Shown here: piece by piece, positions 13,638-25,048 of the stretch
Layout of the letters: every line of letters starts with the position of its first letter
How positions within the stretch are numbered: position 1 is the first letter of the stretch
Assembly: GCA_030324005.1 (NCBI GenBank)
Contig: JARDVH010000121.1
Coordinates: 45,130,365 to 45,194,364, forward strand
Source: Negaprion brevirostris
Lineage: Eukaryota
DNA length: 64,000 bases
Direction of reading: 5' to 3'
Program-made: the position numbers and the translations under genes
Notes under the pieces: model-generated
What the model was told of the DNA's origin: nothing
Databases searched by the model: none
The model's input: only the letters and a program-made list of their open reading frames with translations

Positions 13638-14046
13638 CTGGGCAATTTGATGAAAAAGAACAGTGAAAAATCATGATTTGATCTTAAGAGGCGCTTGATA
13701 TGAAACATAAGTGCTAATGAACAGCAATACAATATATTGTGATATAACAGACATTTGCAGCTAATCATGCAATAAAGTTTCAAACACAGTACCACAATGG
13801 TAACACTGAAATAGATGGATAAATCTATGCAATGGGCTATTGCATTACAAAGCAAGATGGAAAATGCAGCATCAGTAGATGCAGGTTTTATAGGGTATTG
13901 TAAGGTCAGTTGTACTAAATTACATTGTACCTACATTGGTTAGTGAACCTGCAGTAATAATGTTTGCAGCAAAATTACTGCAAAACTTCCAGCGGCTACC
14001 AATGATTACTGAAACACTACAGAAAGTGAAAGGTAGTTATACTTAC

Positions 14047-14101
14047 TCCTGATTCCCTTTGAGCGGGTGCGCAGCCTCTTTTCATCTACATCTTGGTTCA
14101 T
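14047..14101 (-). CDS. MYT1: MYT1 first coding exon (55 nt), MNQDVDEKRLRTRSKGIR
   Basis: Minus strand reads ttttgttttacag|ATG...AGG A|gtaagt. The ATG sits immediately after the acceptor. The KRxRTRSK motif is typical of MYT1/MYT1L/ST18 N-termini. Confidence 0.93.
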
Positions 14102-14450
14102 CTGTAAAACAAAAAAAAAATTGCAGTTAATGGAGTGTGGATTTAATTTGCCTCAAAAACATGCAGCTTATAGTATGCATGATCAGATTGGTTTCCAAAG
14201 ACACAAAAGAGGAATTACTGTAGTGTTTATTCTAAATTATTATGGCAGAAATGCTTAAGATACTCATACCAAAATCCTCTCTCCACTCCTTTAATGGAGC
14301 TACCAACCGATTTATTCTAATCTATTTATCTGATAAAATAGCAGAAAGAGGAAGTTGATACAAACAATGGCAACAAGTTGCTGCGAATGTCTAAGACAGC
14401 ACAAGGAACTTCACAGACTTGTAATCAGGCAAAAAAGAGATTTTCAACCA

Positions 14451-14730
14451 CAACACAAAGGAAGATGGTTTTGTTGTTGGAGGTCAATCATCTCAATTCC
14501 AGAATGTTACTGTGAGAATTCCTACAGGTAGTGTCCTAGGCCAAATCATCTTCAGCTGCTTCATCAATGACCTTCCCTCCATCTTGAGATCAGAACTAGG
14601 GATGTTCGCTGATGATTGAACAATGTTCAGCACCATGCGCAGTTCAAGATACTGAAGCAGTTCTTGTACATGTGCAGCAAGAGCTGGACAATATTAAAGC
14701 TTGGGCTGATAAATCGCAAGTAACATTCAC
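14451..14730 (+). mobile_element. CR1-group LINE reverse-transcriptase fragment
   Basis: Encodes GSVLGQIIFSCFINDLPSIL...GMFADD*; inverted relative to 15141-15400. Confidence 0.85.
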
Positions 14731-14969
14731 ACTTTGCATTAGAAATAGTGATTAAACAATACTTGGACCAAGTGGTAGAATTTACTGAGGGTAATAAAGG
14801 AGAAGAAGGTGGAGGAGCAGATGAATTTAGGTCCGAAATTCTAGATCTCCAGATCTAAACAGTTATTTAGCTATTTTTAGGATAACATAATTGAAATTAA
14901 GTTTCAGGCTTACTCACTTTACAGAGTAAGTTACTCTTCAAAGTAACTGATATACTTAAGATTGGTTAA

Positions 14970-15770
14970 TTTTTTTATATTCGTTCATGGCATGTGTGTG
15001 TCATTGGCTAGGTCAGCATTTATCTCCAATCCCAAACTGCCCTTGGGAAAGAGGTGGTGAATCACATTCTTACTGTCATTGAACGTCAAGGAGAGATTCT
15101 CTCTTGTTGGAGATGGTCATTGCCTGGCACTTGCGTAGCATGAATGTTACTTGCTATTTATCAGCCCAAGCTTTAATTGTCCATGTCTTGCTGCACACAG
15201 ACAAGAACCGCGCATGGTGATGAACTTTGTTCAATCATCAGCGAACATTCCTAGTTCTGACCTCATGGTGGAGGGTAGGTCATTGATGAAGCAGCTGAAG
15301 ATGGTTGGGCCTAGGGACACTACCCAGAGGAATTCTCACAGTAATGTTCTGGAATTGAGATGATTGACCTCCAACAACCAAACCATCTTCTTTTGTGTTA
15401 GGGCATGACTCTAACCAGTGGAGAGTTTTTCTCCTGATTCCCATTGACTCCAGCTTTGGTAGGGTTTCTGGATACTTCAATTGGTCAAATCTTCCCTTAA
15501 TGTCAAGGGTAGTCACTCTCATCTCATCTGTTCAGTTTAGCTCTTTTGTCAATGTTTGAACCAAGGTTGGAATGAGGTTCAGGAGCANNNNNNNNNNGGA
15601 GCAGAGTGGCCCTGGTGGAAACTAAACTGAGGATAAGTGAGCAGGTTATTGCTGAGTAAGTGTCACTTGATAGCACTATCAACCACACCTTATGTCATTT
15701 TGATGAAGAGTAGAATGATGGGGCAGTAATTGGCCAAGTTGGATTTGTCCTGCTTCTTGTGAACATGACA
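14970..15770 (-). mobile_element. Internally deleted CR1-group LINE
   Basis: ORF 15280..15522 RVTTLDIKGRFDQL...KLESMGIRRKTLHWLES (RT domain), FADD motif, and the family 3' tail at about 14975-15060. Confidence 0.85.
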
Positions 15771-17581
15771 TACTATTGCATGTTATGTTGTATGTTATGT
15801 GAAAGACAGAATACTGTATTATCACATCAGCAATAGTAGAAAACACAATTAATTTCTATTTTTAGTGATAATTCCCATTGGTAACAAGGCTTGACTTACT
15901 GCAGTGGAGCAGGTGTGGGATAGGCTGCAATTCTATTTATTAGGCTTTCAATATACAGGACTTCAGCAATTCCGTGATCTCAGAGGCTTTTATCACAATA
16001 GACATATTACTTTTCATTATGAAGTCCTAAGTTCAGCTAAATCTCTGTTTAGCATTTTATGCACATACATTCGAAATTTGGCAGCAATGCAAATGATATG
16101 TACGATGACTTGGCAATTGCTGTTATCAGCAAATAAATTATTAAAGTAAATGCCACATGAAACTCTAATGTGTAGTACGCACGATCTGTTAAATTTATAT
16201 GTATATATGGATCTGGCAGAAACAAATAAGATAGCATTCCTTCCCTGAATATTAACGGAAACGAGGCAAAGGAGCTTTGAGAAGGATTGTTGTTAATAAA
16301 GATTTTATATTGAAGCACTCCATAGGTCATAAGTGTTTATATGTGCAGCAGGATTAGTAATGTAAGGCCACAGACTTTCCAGATATAGACGCTCGTTGAC
16401 CTTTTAAATTCTGCTGTTTTGCAGGAAGTGAGCCACTCATTTAAAAGCGCATCCCACTTAAATTAGCTTACATATCCAATTCTACTGATTATCCTTCTTG
16501 GGGTGGCTGGGGGAAAACAGTAAAAGAAAGCATAATGTTGAAATTAACAAATGACCATGGGAAATAATACGTTCATTGATGTCAGACATCAGGATCCCAG
16601 ATTTTAAACTTTCCCAATTTTCAGTGTGCTATGGTCCCACATTATGAGAAGGAGGAAAAGCTGCAGATGCAACAGTTCTAAGATTGCTATTCCGAATAGG
16701 ATTCTAAAGCAAGTACATGCAGCAGTTTGCCGGGAACCAGGGATATCATATGCAATACGTATACTATACATTTTGACATATCACGCTACATATTGATGTA
16801 TCGCGCCCGACTGCCTCAGCAGCAGTTAGGGGCCATTGCAGAGCTCTATCTACTACTATTTACAACATGACTACAGCAAATGTTTCACTGAGAGAGTGGA
16901 AACCTTTTTGTCACCTTGGTGTGTTTGTTATGCAGATTACTGGGTGTTTCACAAGTTCTGAGCTTTTCAGTACTTCCTTGAGTCCAAGTCTGATTCAGCA
17001 GCTCACCTCTAAATTCATTTTCTGTGTGATTTAAAGTAAGATTTAAAAAAAAATCACAACATAACTGCTCAAAATACAATTTACAGTCAACTTGAACACA
17101 TCTTGAAAACTTGCCAAGCTTCATAAGAGAAACATGTTTAGTGTATGGTGAGTAACATGCAAACTATCTATTTGTCCATCATGGCACAGCTGCTACCCCA
17201 TGAATCCTGCATAATATTAATGAGATCACTCATCTCTTTTTAATTATTTTTCCAGCTCATTGTACAAATGATTGAAATAGCATTTTAAATCTATATTAAG
17301 CAATAACATTGACTAGTAACTTACTCACATGATTTGACATTTGCACCACAAAATACATCTCTCTATTGTAATTGTATCTTCCAACAAGCTAGGCAGTTGT
17401 AATTCAAAGTAAAAGTGTTGTGGAGATGAAAAACTCAGAAGTTCTTTCTTTGCTACATGGAACTCCGTAAAATCTGCTTGATTAGTTGCTCTGCTAGTGA
17501 GTTTGCAAGTTGCTAATGCCACAAAGCACATCTGACATTTTCATTCGGACAGCTGAATGTTCAACATGTGTGTAAATCCAG

Positions 17582-18202
17582 TCATGGTGTGGAGATGCCA
17601 GCGTTGGACTGGGGTAAACACAGTAAGAAGTCTCACAGCACCAGGTTAAAGTCCAACAGGTTTATTTGGTAGCAAAAACCACTAGCTTTCGGAGCGCTGC
17701 TCCTTCATCAGTTAAGTAGGAGTCCTGTTCACAAACAGAGCATATGAAGACACAAACTCAATTTATAAAATAATAGTTCGAATGCGAGTCTTTACAGGTA
17801 ATCAAGTATTAAAGGTACAGACAATGCAAGTGGTGAGAGAGTTAAGCACAGGTTAAAGAGATGTGTATTGTCTCTAGCCGGGACAGTTAGTGTCTCACTA
17901 ACTGTCATTAAAATCTCATGTAAAATCTCACTAACTGTTCCGGCTGGAAAGAACACCCACCTCTTTAACCTGTGCTTAATCCTCTCACCACTCGCATTGT
18001 CTGTACCTTTAATACTTGATNNNNNNNNNNNNNNNNNNNNNNNNNNNNNNNNNNNNNNNNNNNNNNNNNNNNNNNNNNNNNNNNNNNNNNNNNNNNNNNN
18101 NNNNNNNNNNNNNNNNNNNNGCAGCGCTCCAAAAGCTAGTGGCTTTTGCGACCAAATAAACCTGTTGGACTTTAACCTGGTGTTGTGAGACTTCTTACTG
18201 TT
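17582..18202. mobile_element. Penelope-like element remnant arranged as inverted pseudo-LTRs, with hammerhead core
   Basis: Arms about 17620-17893 and 17925-18201 are reverse complements. Carries aataaacctgttggactttaacctgg and CTGATGA-stem-GAAA. Direct repeat taaatccag at 17573-17581 and 18203-18211. Confidence 0.78.
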
Positions 18203-18599
18203 TAAATCCAGCACCATGCTTAAAACTCTAACATAACAAGTTATTGAGAAATCCATACAAGTTTCAATTTGCTTGAGATGGAATGAACAGCTCTCTTCCA
18301 GTAAGGACATAAAGCACATATGCAAATTCATAAAACACTGATGCAAGTTGGCAGAGCAAAGATTTAGGGACATTTGGTTGTGGGCAGTTCAGCAAGCTAC
18401 AATCACATAATCTACCAGCAAAGAGCAATGGCAAGACACCAGAACAATTAAGGGTTTCTGGAAAAAAATGGGAAGAACCTCAGATTGCAGTGATAAGATT
18501 TTCCTTCCAATTTTCCTTAAAGAAAAAAACAAATTGTCAGGTCAATCAATGGTATCTTAAGTACAATAGACATGTCCAGGTTAAGTACTGGATTAATGA

Positions 18600-19700
18600 A
18601 TCTGCCACAGAATTCTGAACTCCCATTGGCAGTAGAGGATAGTCATGAACTGGTCACTGGACAACTGATAAGTACAGGTGTGCTAACTGCTTAACTTGTC
18701 TTAGGATCTCCTTAAGAATGGCACTTAACTCCGCCATAAAATCTTTAAGCACACATTTCCACCAAATTCCTATCACAGCAAGGACATATAGCATAACACA
18801 CTGAACAAGTTTTGTCAGTTGGAGATGTGGACTTTTGGCAGCAGTTCTTTGTCCAGCCTAATCATATATCTGTAGGTGACACTTTCCACCATTTGTCATC
18901 TCAAGTCTGAGAGCTTTCTCATAAGGTATATGACAGACAGCAGCATCAGTGTAGTGGATAATCTGCAAGGAGCAGCTTGTGACATGCCAGTCACCTTTAA
19001 CTTTCCTGATTTCCAAGTTCAGGGCCACACACCAAGCATACTCACCTCCAACTGATTTATCTAAGTCCTCCAGTGAAGGATTTTTGGCAAAGAGGCATAT
19101 GAATTCTGTGGCTGGCTGCTCCTCAGGGGTACTCAATGACAGGGAGGCCAGGATTGTGTCACTTTGGACTCAATTCCAAGACACAGCCTGATCTTGGAAT
19201 TTGCATTCAGTTCAAAGTTAACTCCTCTATTTCACCTCTATTTCTCTTGAAGCACAAGAGACAATTGTTTGGAGGTGTCTGATGCACGGCATGCACAGTT
19301 GATTTGGAAGAAAGATAAGAAATTCAAAGTGTTCTTCAACATTTCCAGCTCTTGCTGAGAGATTTGCCTCTCCAGTTTCTTCATGAGCCAAACTGACAAA
19401 CTAAGCATCAACAAACTTTTAGATAGACGGAGGGAAGAATTCAGCAAACTCCTTTGTCTATTCAGTATTATAAATCGCTCCCTGTAGGTGGGAAACTCAC
19501 TGCAATGTCTCCTTCTGCTTTCAAGAAAAATAAAAATGTTACTTCTGTACCTCTTTGTGAAATGCTCCAATATTCTACTTTTACGTTGCTTTTTTCTGCC
19601 GATTCTGAAGAATATAAAATGGAAACCATACTGTTGACCTAGACTCTGATATAACTCAGACATCAATAGCTGTATTTCATTGGTTAAAAACCACTGTAGC
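18600..19700 (-). mobile_element. Highly decayed L1/Tx1-like LINE ORF2 fragments
   Basis: Peptides LERQISQQELEMLKNTL, AWCVALNLEI...LQIIHY and IWWKCVLKDFMAELSAILKEIL loosely resemble L1 ORF2 segments; many stops and frameshifts. Confidence 0.35.
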
Positions 19701-21761
19701 TCTAATCAGCTTGTCCACTTATTGCAAATATAATTGAGTATGATCAGATATGTCATATAAATTGAAAAAAAAGGTTAAAATTAATGTTTCCTTGTCTTAT
19801 AGTCAACATCTATTCAAATAACAAGTGCTTACAAAGTAACTGATACGGGACTCGAGCTGGCATTTTGTTTGAGACAGTCAAACTGAGAGGTCACTTGATA
19901 GCAGCATTGCCCTCCTACCTAGGCATTATCAGTTCAAATCTCAGTCCAGGATGACATTCAAGCTTGGCCGAAACCACTGAAGCTGTTTATTTATGATGAA
20001 TCTTCAAAACAAGTTACAGATTTCCAAAATTACAAAGTGCGACTAGGAAAACAATGAGACTTGACAGGTGAACAGTAACCAGAGGACTTAATGAGTCACC
20101 AAAGTTTTGCTGCATAGCAAAATTAACATGTCCTTTGGTTCTACTTTAGTAGGATAGTTTGTTTGTGCCCTTCTTTGTTGACACCCAGGACCATTATTCC
20201 ATTCAGTGACATTAAACTCTAATTTGATTCTGTGCTATTTACCAGTTTGGGGATCACAGTGCATGATTCCATAGATTTAGCATGTAGCTCCATTGATTAA
20301 CGCTGACTGAAAAAAAATGTTTTTCTTCCATCGGGTGAAATAATTTCCAGGGATTACTTTTATTTTGTTTTTTGCAGTTTTCCTCCCTTTGGTTCATTTT
20401 GTCGTGAAGCCCACAGGTCAGTGAGTGTTGGGAACTAGCAAAAATATAAAAATGTTTTTCCCTTTCTTAAATTATTGTAATTACCTCAACAGTCACTGTT
20501 CAACTAATTAAGTGAAATTCTATACACAGGATTTGTTTACTGATATACCTTAAAAACAATTATTGTGCATCTGGGATGTTCAGTATAAAGATTTGACATT
20601 TGCCCAAAAGTAATCCAATTTGTTGGAAAAGTAGACATATATTGTTGTAATTATTGTATTAACAGTATATGATCCACAAAACATGGATGGCCACTTTCTC
20701 CTCCATTTTATGCACATTCTGTGTTGTGTGTATAAATAATTCCACATTCTTTTTCTTTACTTATTTCCCATGTGAACACCTCCACCAACTTTTTCTCTTG
20801 TTCCTCTCCAGGGTAAACCACTTTTCCAGAAATAATTTCTCACACATTGCATATGGTCAATTTTCTGGATGCAACAGTGATCTTGGCTACAACCCCATCT
20901 GTTCTTTTTCCCAGAAAACAAGAAATGAGTAAGACCCAGCTGATGACCATCTTCTGCACAACAATTGTGGACACCAACAACACTTAAACAAGTTGTGCCT
21001 TATCCGATTTTACAGCATTTAACTCAAGCTCTTAAACTTAGTGTTAACAGTAAACTACTCAGTATTGTTTAATGCTAATCCTTACGATTAATATAACTTG
21101 CTCTCAAATAAGAATCAATTCTGTAGTTTTAGTTGCAGTTCAAAGATAATCCAGGTTTTTGTAAAGTTGCAGAACAAGGATTTAAAATGTGTTTTTGATT
21201 CGTACCTTGCTGAATACATGTCACCATGTATGTTCGGTCTACACTACTTTTGAGCACAGTAAGCACAGTAAGTTAAAAGCACTGCAATTAATGATCATTT
21301 TCAAGTCCTGATCAGTACTGAGGATGATCATGTCCTCACTTATAATCTTCCCATTGTGCAACATCATTTTGGCGTGTATTGATTTACATTTTGGGAAATT
21401 AAGGATTTGGTCATCTGCACTGAGCTGAAACCCACTTAGGGAACTTTTACCTCCAATTGACAATCCACTATAACACAATGCATTATACCACACTCACAAC
21501 CAAAGTGCTTACACAATGTAACACACAACTGATTGCAATATAGCTTTCTTATCCAATGATTAGTCAACGGAGATTAAAATTTGGTAAAATATACTGTGCA
21601 AATACATGTAAATAAATACAATTAACAATAGTTTTTTCCACCTTGTTGTCTATTTTCTTTTATCTTACACAGTCACTGTTAAATACTTTTAGTATCCAAT
21701 ATCGACAAATTTGTCCAGACAAATGGCAGATTCTATCCGTCAATGCAAGAAACCACAAATT

Positions 21762-22340
21762 TAGGGCATTATTTGATGGAGCTGATAGGTGAGAGGCCCA
21801 TGTCAGCTCTTTTCAGGAAGGGCAATAAATAACATGCCAATCAGGCACTTAACTAGACAGTGGTGGCCTTCCTTGGGATCAAGAACCACAGGGGGTAGAA
21901 CTCCCACCCTCCAAGAGCTGTCAGCCAATCAGAGGCTTTAGCAGCAGTGCTTCTATCAGTACAACACCACCTGAGATCTTGGATCAAGGTGAGCGATGGT
22001 GACAGCAAGGATAGAGGATGGCACTCGATGGGACCCCTCCAACTCCCTTCCTGATGCTGGGTCTTTTGATCAGGCATTACTAGCTTTGAGCAAGGGACCC
22101 CCCAGAGCCTGCAAGTAATGCTAATAGGCTTGTTTTTTGAACTCTCTGAATGACAAAACCCCTCCTGCTGCTGGGTGCATACCAGTGGTGGTAGACTAAG
22201 ATCCTTAATGGGCCCACTTAAGGGCCTGAATTAGAGGTGGGCTGGGAGACCATTCATGGACCCCACCTGCCACCTTTCCACCTGATAAAATACTACTCCG
22301 CCACCAAATTCACCAGGGGGGGAGGGCAAAATAATCTGCC
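21762..22340. mobile_element. Non-autonomous DNA transposon relic (Harbinger-MITE-like)
   Basis: GC-richer insert with gggcattattt ... aaataatctgcc ends. The internal cagccaatcagag block recurs in similar form near 48030. Confidence 0.5.
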
Positions 22341-24987
22341 TTTCGTTTCTGCTCTTGGAAGTTTTGGGCTAAACTCCAAACCTATGTATGGTCTTGAAAG
22401 TCCTGTGAAGGGCTATAAGATTTCATTATAAAACAGGAAACATTTCTGATTTTATCTAAAATGCTATGACATTAGGAGGAATGTGCACAGCGTTAATCCT
22501 CAGATGAACCAAACCTATATCAAGATTTAAGTGATCTTAAATTAGCTGTTCAGTCTGAGATAAATAATGTTCAAACCTTCCAGTTTGCTCACACTGTAAA
22601 ATCAAGCTTCCTCAGTGGTTGTATGGAANNNNNNNNNNNNNNNNNNNNNNNNNNNNNNNNNNNNNNNNNNNNNNNNNNNNNNNNNNNNNNNNNNNNNNNN
22701 NNNNNNNNNNNNNNNNNNNNNNNNNNNNAATAATAGTTCTCTAAGTTGTTCCATTTACGCTGTGTTGCATGTGTGTATATATAAAAGTTAATATGTTTAG
22801 CTAGTTTAAGTCTTAATATATAAGAGGAAACTTTTACCAGCTGAACATAGTAACATTTATATACAAATCACTTGATCAAATTAAAAATAAATGACCAATT
22901 GCGTACACATTTAAAAATGAATCCTTTGTGACTCTTCTCATGTTCGGCAGATTTCAATTTGAAATGTGACAAGAGTGGTGAGGTTAAACAAAGGCTTCCT
23001 GCTGACTACACTCACAGAAACCACGTGATTCCTTTCTTACAAATGTAAATGGCTCCTTTACAGCTTGCAGGAGATATACAGTAAAACACATGTTTTACAC
23101 TTCATCGTGGATTTGAATCTTTTTAATCAGTGGCAGTGAAATTATTAGTTCAAATTAGAACTGAAGGATCTAATCTTTTAAGAGCACTCAAAACAGCTTT
23201 GGTAAAACTTTGTTACATGGTTATTTATTCATTGCTTGTTTGAGAAATAAAGCAGTTTCATTTCTTCTGTACGCTTTATGAAGGATTTTCTATCGTATAG
23301 CTCCCCCCCCCCCACCCCAAACAAAATGAAAATCCCTCAAGAGAAATTTGCAAATGAAGTGATTTTGGGAAACAAATTTGTTAATTATAAGAGACAAATG
23401 CAGGGGCAGTTGAATGGCAATAAAGGGCTTCTTTGCTGCAATGATAGGATTCGTTTCTATAGGTTAACTTTTTTTTTCACTGATTATTGACCAGGTTCTC
23501 TGGGAAACAAGGAGCTGCTTGAAACAGCTGTTCTTTTCTCACAGCTAATTGCTTTTTTTCCAGGTCTTTATTAGCAAGTCACCTGTTCCTGTCACTGTGT
23601 AATCAATGATAGAAATCAGCACTTTCTCACAAATCATGCAAACAAATCTGTGCAAAGCTGGTCCCAGAAAACACCTTCCACCAAATTATCTGTCAGCATT
23701 GTAAACATTCTGCCAAATAGCTTTGAACTAACACACAAAACAATTAGGAGATTGGAAGCATTCAAGCAATTTTACACCGAACAAGGCTTCCACATAAAAG
23801 CAGTCTTTGTTTTTTAACATTAGAGCAAAGTATAATAGCCCTTAGCAAGAAACTTGCACTTTGCTAAAAAGCGGCCAACCTACAGTGTCAATTCATGATG
23901 AAATTACTGATTTTGCATTGCATGTTTGAGAGACTGACTGCAGTTGATCAGAGTGCATAAAATATTATTTAAAGTTCACCTGAAAAGTGAAACTTTAAGG
24001 TATCAAAATAAAATTGGAGTAGATAATTGAGCTTTGCGATAATTTAGAATACATTTGATTAAATGTATTATGTATTAAATGTATTCATTTTACAGGAAGC
24101 AGGAAATGTATATCAACTAAATTAAATTTTTGCATGATTGCATCAAGGTTTTCCTAAATCCAAGCCTAATTCCCAAGGAGCTTTTCTTTTCAAATACTAC
24201 GACAGAAATGCAGAATCTGTTCATGAATTCTTATCTGACCAGACATTACTATCCTGCTTAAAAACTGCACAGAATGACTTCTCCAAGAGCAGGGAGTCAA
24301 ACAAAAACACGGAGAACAACCGAGGAGAAAATCCAACACTGGGACTCGAGGTTTATCTGAGATCCCTACTATTCTGCCTTACTTTGAAATATAATCGGGT
24401 AGACCCCGATTCATCAAATACAAAAGTCCTTCACAGTAAGAACATCAAAAAGTCAGCTTTGATTCTGCACTGAAGCAACTTATCATTGTGTTGTATAGTT
24501 TTTGTAGCATCAAGAGTCTGATAGTTCAAATAAACAGCTGACATATCACAACGGCACCATAATCCTTTTCATTTTACTTTCAGAGTGCACAGATCAACTT
24601 CGTTGAAAGGGTAATTCTGGAATTAGCATGTGTTGGCTATTGTTTCCAAAATTAAAATGACCATATGGAAGATGATGATAAAGGAAGCAGATGAGGAAAA
24701 GGAGGTTCACGAGATACAGCTAAAGTGATGTAAATTCAACCTGAAGTGGCTTCTATTGACAAACAGATCAGCTGTGTTCGTACAAAGCTTAGAGAACAGA
24801 AGAGATCCAACAACATACTGGATGTAGCTGTAAATTAAGCTCTCTCCAAGCTGTCCCAGTTAAACAAATAGTTTTTCCCAACAAGGCAGGACAAGCAGTT
24901 TCAGTTATATTTATCAGACTTCAACAGAGGGCAAGAACACAAGCTTTGTCTTCCTTTGTCAGGAGGAGAACATTAATATTGACTTAC

Positions 24988-25048
24988 CTTTTCCCCACAG
25001 CTATTGTCCACCTCGGTGAAATGACATCACGGAAAGCAATAATGAAAT
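24988..25048 (-). other. Candidate non-coding 5'UTR exon of MYT1 (5' boundary uncertain)
   Basis: Consensus donor AAAAG|gtaagt at 24988 and possible acceptor cctgctgtag at 25049. An upstream exon must exist because the ATG directly follows an acceptor. Confidence 0.45.

Noticed and set aside
14626-14642. RE1-like TTCAGCACCATGCGCAG near the start exon
   Set aside because: It is part of the LINE RT sequence and lacks the GGACAG right half-site.
15580-15606. Short direct repeat ggagca either side of a 10-N run
   Set aside because: Looks like contig-end overlap at a placeholder gap, not a biological duplication.
21200-21240. Possible UTR exon donor CAGCAAG|gtacga on the minus strand
   Set aside because: No convincing acceptor or pyrimidine tract upstream; not distinguishable from chance without cDNA.
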